Source of the DNA: an uncultured Bacteroidales bacterium
GTDB taxonomy: Bacteria > Bacteroidota > Bacteroidia > Bacteroidales > VadinHA17
NCBI GenBank assembly: GCA_963849945.1
Contig: CAWKJD010000015.1
Span: 194,673 to 258,672 of the forward strand
Reading direction: 5' to 3'
DNA length: 64,000 nucleotides
Positions within the stretch are counted from its first letter, which is position 1, and every line of letters starts with the position of its first letter. The position numbers and the translations under genes are program-made. Positions 28,267-38,720 of the stretch are shown here, piece by piece. The notes under the pieces are model-generated. The model saw nothing but the letters and a program-made list of their open reading frames with translations. It made no database searches and was not told where the DNA came from.

Positions 28267-31200
28267 AAAATGATCACCCTGCCGGCTGCAGATGCTGTCT
28301 CGCCCTCCGCAGTAACAGCTTCGGCACGCCACAGGTATAGCCCGCGAGCAAGTCTGCCTCCGTTTTCATCACACCCGTTCCATGGGATGTCAGGCAGTGA
28401 GTAACCCGTACTGTTTACCTGCTCTTTTATGACCTTCACGGCCCGGCCGTCAGTGCTGAAGATTGTGATAGTCACATTGATCTCCGTATCAGGCCTGTTG
28501 TGTTCTGCCGTGAACTTCGTTCCCCCGGTTACAGGATTGGGGTAGCAGAAGGGGTTTGTAAGCCTGAAGGCGCCGCCGGTCACAACAACAAACCTGAGGG
28601 AGGATACTGACGGATTATTCAGGTTGTCCCAGGCCCGCAGTGACACCGTATGCTCACCCTTCTCAGAAATTATAAACGGGTAAGTCAGGCTCCCTGATGT
28701 ATGAACTCCTGTATCTGTACTGAACAGGCTGTTCAGAACCACAGCACCTTCCATATCATCATCAATCCAGGCGATTATATCATGCCCTATTCCGCTGCCG
28801 GTGGCATTGATACCGGACTCGTCACTTATAAGCGCAAGGAGAGAAGGTGATGTATCTGTAATTCCTCCGTCGTTGAAAAGTGTGTCATTCATGAAGAGCC
28901 TTATCACGGGGCCTTCAGTATCATTTATGTTTATATCAGAGAATCCTCCCACGATTATCTGTGAGTAGTTGCCGTTAACATCCGCCTTGCCGTCATGAGC
29001 GTAATAGGTGACCGAACCCTTGCCAAAGGAATAGTTGATATCAAGAGGCACGATGAATGAAAAGCTGAAGTTTCCTGCACTGACGATTGTTGTACCCCTG
29101 AAGATCACATTGCCTGTGACGGGGTAGGTCATTGGCGACCCTCCGTCATTGGCAAGAGTGCTCACAGAGCTGGCCTTATCATATACCACCGGCTCAATCA
29201 CACCGTTGAACCCGGTCATCAGGTCACCATCCTTATTTTCAATATGCCCGCTTATAGTGATCAGTGACAACGCTTTAAGAGTGTCAGTGGCAAATTCCAC
29301 GGATATTTTATTAATGCTGTCTGTGACAACTTTTCCCTGGACCGGCCAGGCAAGCCTCAGGGCGGGGTCACCAAGCAACAGGAAATTACGTTTATTCATC
29401 CCTGGACCTGAATTGATCTTTGCAAGTCTGATAATATCGCCTAAACGCATTGAGCGGCCGTCAGGAGCTGTCACAAAAGCATAGTCGTATATATTGCGGT
29501 TAAGGGTGAAATTTGGAGCCGAGTAAACAACTCTTGTCGTGCTCATCAATGCTATGCCGCCTCCGTCAGCATTGAGGAGCACCATCTCTCCGGCTGAGGT
29601 TTTCGCTGAGATCTGTCTTGTTGCCTGATTGATATCAACATCATCAAACCTTGAGAACTCGCAGGTAGCAGTGATAAAGAGGGGCAGCATATTCTTATTC
29701 TTCCAGGAATTGATATCGTTGGTCCTCACAACTCTTTCATGAGCAAGGCCTAACTCATTGCCATGGCCGACATAATTGAAAATCAGGCACCCTTCCGCAA
29801 TGCGGTCATTGATGGCTTTGACGACATCAGGGTATGAGTCGCCTGTCACCGTTGTGACCTGCCGAAAGGCATCTAAATAGATTTTTTCCGTTACGAGCGG
29901 AGGAGCCGCCTCTGTTGCAGCTGCTGTGAGGCTTTCAGCATCCATCATGTGGAGGTTGGAATCTTCATCATCGGCAACCATGCACAGGATATTGCGCCAT
30001 GAGCCCAGTGCAGAGCTATCAAGGTAGGTAGCTACCTTGCGCACCATTACACCTGCAGCAGCTGTATCATCCGCCGGCAACCGCCCGATCCCGATATCCA
30101 GAAACCCGTCCGCCTCACCTTCCCCGTCGTCAAGAAGCCCGTAGAAATCGTCTGAGGTAAAAGAAAGAACTCCTACATGGGAATTTTCCGACTGCCAGGT
30201 TGGGATATACGAAGTATTCTGAGGAGGAGGTGTCTTGTTCTCATATGATCCGTCACCAAAAAGGAGGAGGTACTTCAGGGGAGAGGTGCTTTCAATTCCA
30301 CGGTCCCTGACCATCCTGACAAAATTCCTTATGGCCGCCGCATCGGGTATCCCCCCGGAGAACTCATTATAGATCTGTCCGGGTGTCACAATTATTGAAG
30401 TCGTGCCGTCATCGGCCATATGAATTTCCGCAAGACGGCGTGCATACTCTTCAAAGAGCGGATGCGTAACAATGATCATGTCAGCCGGGCCAGCCGAATG
30501 CAGATCCTGGTTGGGTACCGGATCCTTGTCAATTATAGGCCTCATAACCTGCCCGGCAGCAAAGGCAACAAATTTTCTCAGGCTGTCGGTTGCAGCAGTG
30601 AAAACCGTATTGCCGGCCGCAAAAGATGTTTCCAGAATTTTTGGCGCAAAGGGATCTGTGACATCCCATACCTGCAGCGATGAAGATCCTGAAACAGTGA
30701 ATCGGGTTATACCGGATGCTGCCACGCTTCGGCTGTCAGTTATAAAAAGTTGTTTGTCAGTATATTTAAGTTGTGCCCTGGCAAAGAAATCGACATAATC
30801 TATATAACCTGTAGCAGCAAGGTTACCGTTATTGCCAAAGGTAAGAGTGAACGACGGCGTTGATGAGGCTGGCAGGCATGAATCTTCAGCTACGGCAATG
30901 GTGGCGTAAACTCCGTTGAGGTCAGTCATGTTAACCGGCGGGACTGTAATCGTTTTTAGTTCTGTTGATCCCTGCCTGAGTGTGAACGAGCTTTCTGTGT
31001 CTGACCGTCCCAGAACCCTGACGTTGTACTTTATTTTTTCGGTCAGGATGAGATTTTCAAACGGGGGGCTGATGTTGTTTTCAGTGCCGGGGACGATCTG
31101 CTGGTACCATTCCCTTCCTGAGCTTATCAGGTTAATCAATTCTTCTTCATGCCTCCACCGGACATCGCCTGACGACGACACCTGGTTGTACGGTTCTGAC

Positions 31201-31670
31201 GGTGTCTGCTCTCCCGTAATAAGTGAAGCGTCACCGGGCATTGAGGTAATAAAATACCAGGCAGTGTCAGAATAGTAGTGTCTTTTGTACTTATACCTTT
31301 CCGTGTTTTTATCATATATCCATCTGTGCGTGCCCTCAGCATAGAAGAGCAAATAGTCACCCTCATTGAAGATGCCATCGCTGCCCGTCTCAGTTTTAAA
31401 AGCTATCTTCCTCAGGTCATCAGGGGCACTTCCGTCGTTATAGAATGAAAGCTGACCAGTATTGTTGCCATAGAGAGTGACCGCTGACGGATCGGTGAAA
31501 CCCATGTCCCTGATCTGCGAGTAGTCTATACGAAAGATCCCGGGCTCAGTAACGGCGAGCCTTATCCAATTGCCCTGTTTCAGAACAGATGAGTGCACGT
31601 AACCCTGTCCTGCGGCAAAGATCGCCGGCAGCATAGCTAAAGCTGCGACCAGGAGGTTTTTTATTCTCAT
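28263..31670 (-). CDS. porU: type IX secretion system C-terminal signal peptidase PorU (C25/gingipain-like)
   Basis: About 1135 aa from ATG 31670 (MRIKNLLVAALAMLPAIFAAGQ). Caspase-like fold blocks (YLLLFGDGSYE, FNYVGHGNELGLAHE, ITATCEFSRFDD). Its own T9SS CTD-like tail is retained (..GLYLWRAEAVTAEGETASAAGRVIIL). Confidence 0.85.
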   Translation of the reverse strand: MRIKNLLVAALAMLPAIFAAGQGYVHSSVLKQGNWIRLAVTEPGIFRIDYSQIRDMGFTDPSAVTLYGNNTGQLSFYNDGSAPDDLRKIAFKTETGSDGIFNEGDYLLFYAEGTHRWIYDKNTERYKYKRHYYSDTAWYFITSMPGDASLITGEQTPSEPYNQVSSSGDVRWRHEEELINLISSGREWYQQIVPGTENNISPPFENLILTEKIKYNVRVLGRSDTESSFTLRQGSTELKTITVPPVNMTDLNGVYATIAVAEDSCLPASSTPSFTLTFGNNGNLAATGYIDYVDFFARAQLKYTDKQLFITDSRSVAASGITRFTVSGSSSLQVWDVTDPFAPKILETSFAAGNTVFTAATDSLRKFVAFAAGQVMRPIIDKDPVPNQDLHSAGPADMIIVTHPLFEEYARRLAEIHMADDGTTSIIVTPGQIYNEFSGGIPDAAAIRNFVRMVRDRGIESTSPLKYLLLFGDGSYENKTPPPQNTSYIPTWQSENSHVGVLSFTSDDFYGLLDDGEGEADGFLDIGIGRLPADDTAAAGVMVRKVATYLDSSALGSWRNILCMVADDEDSNLHMMDAESLTAAATEAAPPLVTEKIYLDAFRQVTTVTGDSYPDVVKAINDRIAEGCLIFNYVGHGNELGLAHERVVRTNDINSWKNKNMLPLFITATCEFSRFDDVDINQATRQISAKTSAGEMVLLNADGGGIALMSTTRVVYSAPNFTLNRNIYDYAFVTAPDGRSMRLGDIIRLAKINSGPGMNKRNFLLLGDPALRLAWPVQGKVVTDSINKISVEFATDTLKALSLITISGHIENKDGDLMTGFNGVIEPVVYDKASSVSTLANDGGSPMTYPVTGNVIFRGTTIVSAGNFSFSFIVPLDINYSFGKGSVTYYAHDGKADVNGNYSQIIVGGFSDININDTEGPVIRLFMNDTLFNDGGITDTSPSLLALISDESGINATGSGIGHDIIAWIDDDMEGAVVLNSLFSTDTGVHTSGSLTYPFIISEKGEHTVSLRAWDNLNNPSVSSLRFVVVTGGAFRLTNPFCYPNPVTGGTKFTAEHNRPDTEINVTITIFSTDGRAVKVIKEQVNSTGYSLPDIPWNGCDENGGRLARGLYLWRAEAVTAEGETASAAGRVIIL

Positions 31671-31772
31671 CAGCGCAAAGATAGTTAAGAGGATTATCTT
31701 TACTTCCGGAAACACGGGTACTCAGATAAAATATTAACGTTACTGACCCGTTGATATTGCTGAAACAGAACC

Positions 31773-32738
31773 ATGAGCCTCAGAAACAGGACGACCATAC
31801 TGATCCTTGTTGTTTTCGGACTGACCGTCAGAGGTCAGGACACCTGGTACGGGTCAATATCGGGCCTGCATTTTATGTATAACCCGGCCTATACCGGTTC
31901 GGCCGGTCTCCCGGTGATGAACGTCTCCTGTTACTCTTTCCTCCCGGGCAATAATTTCGCACTCAGGTCAGGTTATGCATCTTTTGAGACTTTTTCCGAT
32001 GGATTGCACGGAGGTGCCGGCCTGTGGGTCTCTGACGATATGCTGGGTGAGGTCATGAACGACTTCAGGGCGGGAGGAAGCTATGCTTATCATCTGAAGG
32101 CAGGCAGAGATCTTTTTTTTAACGCCGGTCTGACGGCTTCCGTGGTCAGCCGAGGTGTAAAAACAGGTGCTGTCATATTACCCGGCGACATTGACCCCTT
32201 CAGCGGCTTCGGTGACATACACTCGGAATTTATTACGGACGCAAACATGATAACTTTTGACATCGGAACAGGTATAGCAGTTGCAAAGGGCCCTTGGTAC
32301 GGAGGAGTATCCGTCATGCACCTGACACAGCCCTGGCTGAGTGATGTTCACGAGAGTTATAACCGGCTCAGCAGGCTTTATACAATCAGTGCCGGAACAT
32401 CAGTGGCTCCAGGCAACGGAGAATTTAGTTTAAATCCATCAGCAGCCCTGTTAGTCCAGGCAGATAATGTCATTATATATTTAGGAACCGAGGCACTTTA
32501 CCGCAATCTTATGGGAGGAATAGCATTCTGGCATGCCGGGTCGGGGTTTACTGCCGCCGAACCATCCCTGGGATGGGATACCGGCCTGGCAAAGATCATA
32601 TTATCATATAGTTATGTACTTGCAGGTGGTGATGAGACGTTTAAAGGCACGGCTGTTGTAAAGGCCGGACTTTCGATCTGTTTCAAATATGTTGAAAAAA
32701 GTAAGGCCATCCACATAATAAAGTTACCCCGTTTGTAG
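31773..32738 (+). CDS. PorP/SprF family type IX secretion membrane protein
   Basis: Signal peptide, then the family-typical MYNPAYTGSAG block. About 320 aa of beta-rich sequence. Confidence 0.7.
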   Translation: MSLRNRTTILILVVFGLTVRGQDTWYGSISGLHFMYNPAYTGSAGLPVMNVSCYSFLPGNNFALRSGYASFETFSDGLHGGAGLWVSDDMLGEVMNDFRAGGSYAYHLKAGRDLFFNAGLTASVVSRGVKTGAVILPGDIDPFSGFGDIHSEFITDANMITFDIGTGIAVAKGPWYGGVSVMHLTQPWLSDVHESYNRLSRLYTISAGTSVAPGNGEFSLNPSAALLVQADNVIIYLGTEALYRNLMGGIAFWHAGSGFTAAEPSLGWDTGLAKIILSYSYVLAGGDETFKGTAVVKAGLSICFKYVEKSKAIHIIKLPRL

Positions 32739-32811
32739 TTATTTTGTTGCAGCAATTAATGAATGATATTTTTATATATTTGAAAATTAATCATGTTAAC
32801 ATAATTTGGCC

Positions 32812-34299
32812 ATGTATAAACTGAGAGCTTTACCGGTTTTTGTAGTTGTAGCCCTCTTCCTTTTTTCATGCAAGGGAGGAAAGCAGGACAATGTATCTCC
32901 GACTACAGGCTGGAGTTACCGGGACCCTAAATCGAGTGACGTGAATGACCTTGGCTATCCCATCGGGGAAGCAACGGAGCAGGTCACCGGCCCCAACCTT
33001 GTTCTTATTGAAGGAGGAACCTTCACCATGGGCAGGGTTGAACAGGATGTGATGTTCGACTGGAACAACATACCGCGCAGGGTTACTGTGTCTTCCTTCT
33101 ATATGGATGAGACTGAGGTCACCAACCTGGATTACCGTGAATATCTCTTCTGGCTGAGACGTGTTTACAGTGACTATCCCGAAGTGCACCGCCGTGCTCT
33201 TCCTGATACTCTTGTATGGAGAAGTCCGCTTGCATTTAACGAACCATACGTTCAGTATTACTTCAGACATCCTTCATATAACACTTATCCTGTTGTCGGC
33301 GTGAGCTGGCTTCAGGCCAATGACTATTGCGTATGGCGTACTGACAGGGTAAATGAGCAGATTCTTCTCGACAGCAAATGGCAGGAACCTAATGTAGAAC
33401 AGTCAGGCGCCAACAACTTCAACACGGAAGCATATTATGCCGCCCAGTATGAAGGTGTTCCCGGCCAGAGGGTTGATGAGCTTCACCCGCGTGTACGCCA
33501 GGAGGATGGTATCCTTCTGCCGCGCTACCGCCTGCCGACGGAAGCTGAATGGGAGTTCGCGGCTTATGGCCTCAGGGGTAACACCTTTGAGGAGAGAATT
33601 TATGAAAGAGCTCTTTACCCGTGGGACGGACACAACGTTCGTAACTCGGCACCGAAATACAGAGGCGAATTCATGGCCAACTTCGTTCGCGGACGAGGTG
33701 ACATGATGGGCGTTGCAGGTAACCTTAACGATGCCGGTAGTATAACCGTTGACGTCAGATCATACTGGCCCAATGACTATGGTCTTTACTGCATGGCAGG
33801 TAATGTAAACGAATGGACACAGGATGTCTACCGCCCACTTTCTTCAGAGGATGTTGATATGTTCAACCCCTTCAGAGGTAACGTATTCACTGATCTCAGC
33901 CGTGATGCCAACGGCCAGGTGGTTGAGAAAGACAGACTCGGCAGACTGCAGATAGATACTGTCAAGCCCGACGATGTTGCCAACAGGTTTAACTACCAGA
34001 AATCAGACTACCGGAATTACCTTGACGGAGACGTAATATCAGGCATCTCGTCAAGCCTTGAGTGGTCAGGCAGCACTGAACCGCCGGAGACAGAAAGGAT
34101 GTATGCACAGAATGAGACTGACAACGACTATGTTACTCTTATCAATGACAAGGCAAGAGTAATAAAAGGCGGATCATGGAAAGACAGGGCCTACTGGCTC
34201 AATCCTTCTACACGCCGCTATCTTGATCAGGAAGCATCACGCGATGACCTCGGGTTCAGATGTGCAATGATCAGGGTGGGAAGTCCTGCAGGATTGTAA
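32812..34299 (+). CDS. gldJ: gliding motility lipoprotein GldJ (SUMF1/FGE-fold)
   Basis: Lipobox LFLFSC. FGE-sulfatase-fold blocks: GGTFTMG, ETEVTNLDYREY, YPVVGVSWLQANDYCVWR, RLPTEAEWEFAAYG, GNVNEWTQDVY, VIKGGSWKD, LGFRCAM. The porU/porV neighbours and downstream murF match the synteny I remember for Flavobacterium. Confidence 0.8.
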   Translation: MYKLRALPVFVVVALFLFSCKGGKQDNVSPTTGWSYRDPKSSDVNDLGYPIGEATEQVTGPNLVLIEGGTFTMGRVEQDVMFDWNNIPRRVTVSSFYMDETEVTNLDYREYLFWLRRVYSDYPEVHRRALPDTLVWRSPLAFNEPYVQYYFRHPSYNTYPVVGVSWLQANDYCVWRTDRVNEQILLDSKWQEPNVEQSGANNFNTEAYYAAQYEGVPGQRVDELHPRVRQEDGILLPRYRLPTEAEWEFAAYGLRGNTFEERIYERALYPWDGHNVRNSAPKYRGEFMANFVRGRGDMMGVAGNLNDAGSITVDVRSYWPNDYGLYCMAGNVNEWTQDVYRPLSSEDVDMFNPFRGNVFTDLSRDANGQVVEKDRLGRLQIDTVKPDDVANRFNYQKSDYRNYLDGDVISGISSSLEWSGSTEPPETERMYAQNETDNDYVTLINDKARVIKGGSWKDRAYWLNPSTRRYLDQEASRDDLGFRCAMIRVGSPAGL

Positions 34300-34326
34300 T
34301 TATCAAAATTCTTAAAATGATACCGG

Positions 34327-34359
34327 GCCTCATTATGAATAATAATGAGGCTTGTTTTT
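34327..34359 (+). terminator. intrinsic terminator after gldJ
   Basis: Perfect 10-bp stem GCCTCATTAT-gaata-ATAATGAGGC followed by TTGTTTTT. Confidence 0.75.
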
Positions 34360-34367
34360 AAATAACT

Positions 34368-35663
34368 ATGGAACTTAACGAATTATACACTTTAGTCCGC
34401 AATTCTAAAGGCATTACAACAGATTCAAGGTCTGTCAGCGAGGGTCAGGTCTTCTTTGCCCTGAGAGGCCCCAACCATGACGGTAACCTTCACGCTGGAG
34501 ATGCAGTTAAAGCAGGCGCAACCGCAGCAGTGGTCGATGACCCTTCGCTATCAGGTGACAGATACATCGTTGTTGACGATGTCCTTGCCACTCTTACACT
34601 GCTTGCTGCGCATCACCGCAGGAAGCTCACAATTCCCGTCATCGCCATTACAGGTTCAAACGGCAAGACAACTACCAAGGAACTTGTTACAACTGTTCTC
34701 TCCAAAAGCCGGAGGGTTCACAGCACAACAGGCAACTTTAATAACCATATCGGCGTGCCGCTGACACTGCTGAGCGCGCCTGACGACACAGGCTTTCTGG
34801 TTGTCGAGATGGGGGCCAACCATAAAGGGGAGATAGCTGCGTTATGCAGGACAGCAATGCCCACACACGGCATCATCACAAATATCGGGAAGGCACACAT
34901 TGAAGGATTTGGCTCGTTTGAAGAGGTAAAGGCAGCCAAATCAGAACTGTATCAGTGGCTGGCCGGGAACAGTGGGATTGCCATATATAATGATGCAAAT
35001 GAGATACTGGAAAAACTTGTTTCAAAAACAGGACCAGGAAAAGCACCTTATTCTCACCCGGCAGGCACAAAGCTTACTGCAGATGTTAATAATGGAGACA
35101 GTATGTTTCTTAATGTCAGAACATCTTTCGGAGGGAAGGAATATGCCTTCGCAACCAATCTTTTTGGTACGTATAACATAGACAATGTGCGGGCTGCCAT
35201 GGCTACAGGCATCTTTTTCGGAGTCCCTTTCAGTGATATAATTGATGCCATCTCATCGTACAGGCCGGTAAATAACCGCTCCCAGGTGGTTGATACCGGA
35301 AGAAACCTGCTTATTTGTGACGCATACAATGCCAATCCCTCAAGCATGAAAGAGGCTATCTCATCATTTGCAGCGCTGAAAGCTGCAAAAAAAATGTTTA
35401 TCCTGGGTGATATGCTTGAGCTGGGGTCTGAGAGCAAAGCCGGGCACGCTGCCGTGATAACTCAGCTGAAAAGTATTGGTGATGCTGAGATAGCCCTTGT
35501 CGGTCCTCGTTTCATGGAGGCAGCCGGTGACATCCCTGCGCATCTGTTCAAATCATCAGATGAGATAAGTGCATGGCTCTCGTCAGCCCGCCCCGGGGGA
35601 TATACGATCCTTGTCAAAGGCTCGAGGGGTATGACGCTTGAAAAAATATATCCGTTATTGTGA
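34368..35663 (+). CDS. murF: UDP-N-acetylmuramoyl-tripeptide--D-alanyl-D-alanine ligase
   Basis: 431 aa. Mur ligase P-loop ITGSNGKTTTKE. Other blocks: TDSRSV..GQVFFALRG, EMGANHKGEI, DAYNANPSSM. Confidence 0.9.
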   Translation: MELNELYTLVRNSKGITTDSRSVSEGQVFFALRGPNHDGNLHAGDAVKAGATAAVVDDPSLSGDRYIVVDDVLATLTLLAAHHRRKLTIPVIAITGSNGKTTTKELVTTVLSKSRRVHSTTGNFNNHIGVPLTLLSAPDDTGFLVVEMGANHKGEIAALCRTAMPTHGIITNIGKAHIEGFGSFEEVKAAKSELYQWLAGNSGIAIYNDANEILEKLVSKTGPGKAPYSHPAGTKLTADVNNGDSMFLNVRTSFGGKEYAFATNLFGTYNIDNVRAAMATGIFFGVPFSDIIDAISSYRPVNNRSQVVDTGRNLLICDAYNANPSSMKEAISSFAALKAAKKMFILGDMLELGSESKAGHAAVITQLKSIGDAEIALVGPRFMEAAGDIPAHLFKSSDEISAWLSSARPGGYTILVKGSRGMTLEKIYPLL

Positions 35664-36827
35664 TTTTCCGGAGAGATTGATTACAACAATCTCCGGCCGC
35701 GTGCCAATGCGCATACGCGGACCCCATATACCAAATCCTGACGAGACTATAACATTAGCTTTGCCATACCTGCCATGCCCGTAACTCAGCTCGAACATCT
35801 TTCTGGTAATAGCGGAGATTGGCCATATCTGGCCGTTATGAGTATGGCCTGAAAGCTGCAGGTCAACTCCTGTATTGGCCAGCTCCGCAAGTCCGTACGG
35901 CTGATGGTCCAGCAATATTACCGGCCTTGAAGTATCAGCCATTGCCAGGAGGCTGTCGAGCGATGCCCTCCCCTTGCCGCTGGCGAAACCCTGCATGGCT
36001 GATCTGTCAAGCCTTCCGACTATCTGAACCCCATCAGGAAGCGTCACAACCTCGTCCTTTAAAACCCTGATGCCTTTGCTTTCAATATATGGCACTGACT
36101 TTTTGATGTCACCCATATATTCATGGTTTCCGGTAATGGCATACTTCCCGTAAGGAAGATCAGGGAAAGTCAGGTAGGAGAGAAGATCATCACGCAGGAC
36201 AGGCCCGATACTTCCGTCAATAATATCTCCCAGGAGAAGCACGATGTCAGGCTTTTCATTACTTATCATTTCTGACAACTGCCTCATGCTCCTTTTTCTT
36301 ATGATGCTGCCTAGGTGTATATCTGAAACTGCCACTATCCTCAGGGTGTCCTTACCATTACTGAAGCTTTTATCGATTATGAGATCATAGCGTTTTACTA
36401 TGGGGCTGACCGCCGTAATAAAGCCGGCCACTATCAGTATTAATGTAGTTACTGTGATCCCGGCAAAAAGCCAGAGGCGGAGTTTTGGTATGATTGAGTG
36501 AGGTATCAGGTGAAAGGGGCTTTGCACAAGCAGCAGTATATCCGCAGCAAGCCATATCAGGAAACCGTAGAGCATAAATGCCATCCAGAATCCTCCTATG
36601 ACGTTGAGGATGTCGGTAAAAACGCTGGTATGGTTGTATTCAAGTACTTTGCCTGCTACAAAAGCTGATGCAATTAACAGAAATATTATTGTGTAGACTG
36701 TAGTGCTGTACCCGGCACCGGCAAGAGCCCGGTGGCCTTTTATGTATAGATACAGATTAGTCAGGAAATAGACTGTCAGGACTATTGTCAGAAAAATTGC
36801 CATTTGATTACCTCTTTTTAGCGCCAC
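35655..36827 (-). CDS. membrane-bound metallophosphoesterase (calcineurin-like)
   Basis: Four N-terminal TM helices, then VSDIHLG, LLGDIIDG, GNHE and GHTHNGQ motifs. An alternative ATG at 36803 is possible. Confidence 0.8.
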   Translation of the reverse strand: MALKRGNQMAIFLTIVLTVYFLTNLYLYIKGHRALAGAGYSTTVYTIIFLLIASAFVAGKVLEYNHTSVFTDILNVIGGFWMAFMLYGFLIWLAADILLLVQSPFHLIPHSIIPKLRLWLFAGITVTTLILIVAGFITAVSPIVKRYDLIIDKSFSNGKDTLRIVAVSDIHLGSIIRKRSMRQLSEMISNEKPDIVLLLGDIIDGSIGPVLRDDLLSYLTFPDLPYGKYAITGNHEYMGDIKKSVPYIESKGIRVLKDEVVTLPDGVQIVGRLDRSAMQGFASGKGRASLDSLLAMADTSRPVILLDHQPYGLAELANTGVDLQLSGHTHNGQIWPISAITRKMFELSYGHGRYGKANVIVSSGFGIWGPRMRIGTRPEIVVINLSGKSQ

Positions 36828-37843
36828 TTCAAGTCAGTGAAAATTCTTTTACCACGTATATAATACTCAAAAACGACTGATTTGTTCATTGTCGTGTGCG
36901 GAGTACTGTACATGTCAGGGTGAGGAGACATGGCGCGGAAGGTCTTTATGGAAGTGCGGGCCTTCCGGAAGTCATTGTGGGCTCTCACTACTGCACCGAA
37001 GGCTGCCCGCCCGGAGCGGAGCAGAAGCCTGATGGCAGCAACTCCGTCGAGTACCTGCCTTATAAACAGGGTCCTGCGCAAATGCCTCGAGGGAAGGTTC
37101 CTGGCAAGCATCATCAGGCTGTTACGGAAGTTATAATAAACCTTATCAGGTGAATCATAACTCAGCGTTCCTCCACCGACATGCCATATTACCGCATCGG
37201 GGACATAGCAGATTATGTAACCCGCATTCTGCAACCTCCAGCAGAGGTCTATTTCCTCCATGTGAACAAAAAAGGCTTCGTCTAAGCCATCACACTGTTC
37301 GAAGGCTGAGGCTCTGACTGCCATGCACGATCCTGATGCCCAGAAGATCTCACACGTATCATTGTACTGTCCGCTGTCTTCTTCAATCGTGTCAAAAATC
37401 CGGCCCCTGCAGAAAGTGTAACCGAACTTGTCGATAAACCCTCCCGCAGCACCCGCATATTCAAAAAATGCCGGTTTTTCAAAAGACAGTACCTTAGGCT
37501 GACAGGCTCCGACGCGCGGATGCATCTCCATAAAAGTCACCAGCTTTTCGGACCATCCCTTTTCGACTTTTACATCTGAATTCAGCAGTATAAAATATTC
37601 TGCCTCAACCTGTCTGAGAGCCCTGTTATAGCCACCGGCATAACCCCAGTTCCTTTCAAGCCTTATGATCCTTATTGCCGGAAAGCTGGCAGAAAGCCAT
37701 TCGACAGAATTATCATCTGATCCGTTATCGGCAACTATTACCTCAGTATCATCTGATACTGTATTATCGATGACACCCGGGAGAAATTTTTCGAGAAACT
37801 CCCTGCCATTCCAGTTAAGTATGACAACGGCTGTCTTAATCAT
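36818..37843 (-). CDS. glycosyltransferase family 2
   Basis: AVVILNWNGREFLEKFLP..VIVADNGSDDNS, and a later MEEIDLCWR block typical of rhamnosyltransferase-like GT2 enzymes. Confidence 0.75.
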   Translation of the reverse strand: MIKTAVVILNWNGREFLEKFLPGVIDNTVSDDTEVIVADNGSDDNSVEWLSASFPAIRIIRLERNWGYAGGYNRALRQVEAEYFILLNSDVKVEKGWSEKLVTFMEMHPRVGACQPKVLSFEKPAFFEYAGAAGGFIDKFGYTFCRGRIFDTIEEDSGQYNDTCEIFWASGSCMAVRASAFEQCDGLDEAFFVHMEEIDLCWRLQNAGYIICYVPDAVIWHVGGGTLSYDSPDKVYYNFRNSLMMLARNLPSRHLRRTLFIRQVLDGVAAIRLLLRSGRAAFGAVVRAHNDFRKARTSIKTFRAMSPHPDMYSTPHTTMNKSVVFEYYIRGKRIFTDLKWR

Positions 37844-38720
37844 TTATAACAGGTTTTTTGTGTTTCCACCGGCGGTGAGACCACAGCCAGTATTCCGGTT
37901 TATTCCTTATTATTTCCTCAAGAATTTCAACAGTTCTTGATGTGATAAAGTCAGGCTTTTCTGTGCGCGGATGGTCAGTGATAAGTTTAATATCCACCTC
38001 ATAGTAGCCCCTCCTGACTTTGATAACATTAAGGTATAAAACTGGCATGTCAAGCATAATAGCCACTTTCTCGGGACCTCTGTAAAAGTCCGTTTTCTGG
38101 TTCAGGAAGGTGGTCCAGTAAACATTTTCATTCAGCGAGGGAGTCTGGTCAGCAATGAAGGCGGTTCCGGTTCGTATGTTCTTTTTCCTGAAGGTAACAA
38201 GGTCTCTGAGAATTTGCTGCATCGGCGAAGCATATACTCCGTACTTCGTCCTTAAATTCGTCATGAACTGGTCAAAGTATTTGTTTTTAAGCGGCTTATA
38301 AACTGTCAAACCCTTATAGGGAGAGGAAAGGACTGCTGACGAAAGCCACTCCCAGTTGTTGTAATGACTGCAGACGAAGATCGCGTCTTTCCCCTCCCTG
38401 CAAAGCTTCTCGCCGATTGTCCAGTCTCTCACTTTAAACCTTTTCGATATCTGCTTTGGACTCATGTGAGTAGCTTTCAGGGTCTCAACGATGAGGTCGG
38501 CGAGATGCCTGTAAAAACGGCGTTCAATGATTTTCCGTTCTGTCTCGCTCTTGTCAGGAAAGGCGTTCCTGAGGTTTGTCGCCACAACCTTCCGGCGATA
38601 GCCGGCTACATAATAGAGAAGAATGAAGAAGATATCCGACGAGAGGTAAAGCACCCTGAGAGGGAGAAGCGTTATGAGATAGTTGATCCCGTAAAAGATA
38701 TAGAATGCAAATCCTTTCAT
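37836..38720 (-). CDS. lysophospholipid/lipid A biosynthesis acyltransferase (LpxL/HtrB family)
   Basis: N-terminal TM segment. HX4(D/E)-type motif CSHYNNWEW. About 294 aa. Confidence 0.7.
   Translation of the reverse strand: MKGFAFYIFYGINYLITLLPLRVLYLSSDIFFILLYYVAGYRRKVVATNLRNAFPDKSETERKIIERRFYRHLADLIVETLKATHMSPKQISKRFKVRDWTIGEKLCREGKDAIFVCSHYNNWEWLSSAVLSSPYKGLTVYKPLKNKYFDQFMTNLRTKYGVYASPMQQILRDLVTFRKKNIRTGTAFIADQTPSLNENVYWTTFLNQKTDFYRGPEKVAIMLDMPVLYLNVIKVRRGYYEVDIKLITDHPRTEKPDFITSRTVEILEEIIRNKPEYWLWSHRRWKHKKPVIND

Noticed and set aside
32743-32782. Promoter for gldJ (TATATTTG at 32775-32782).
   Set aside because: The -7 box is good, but the nearest TTTG/TTG lies 25-28 nt upstream, which is outside the usual spacing. 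It is not reported as a feature.
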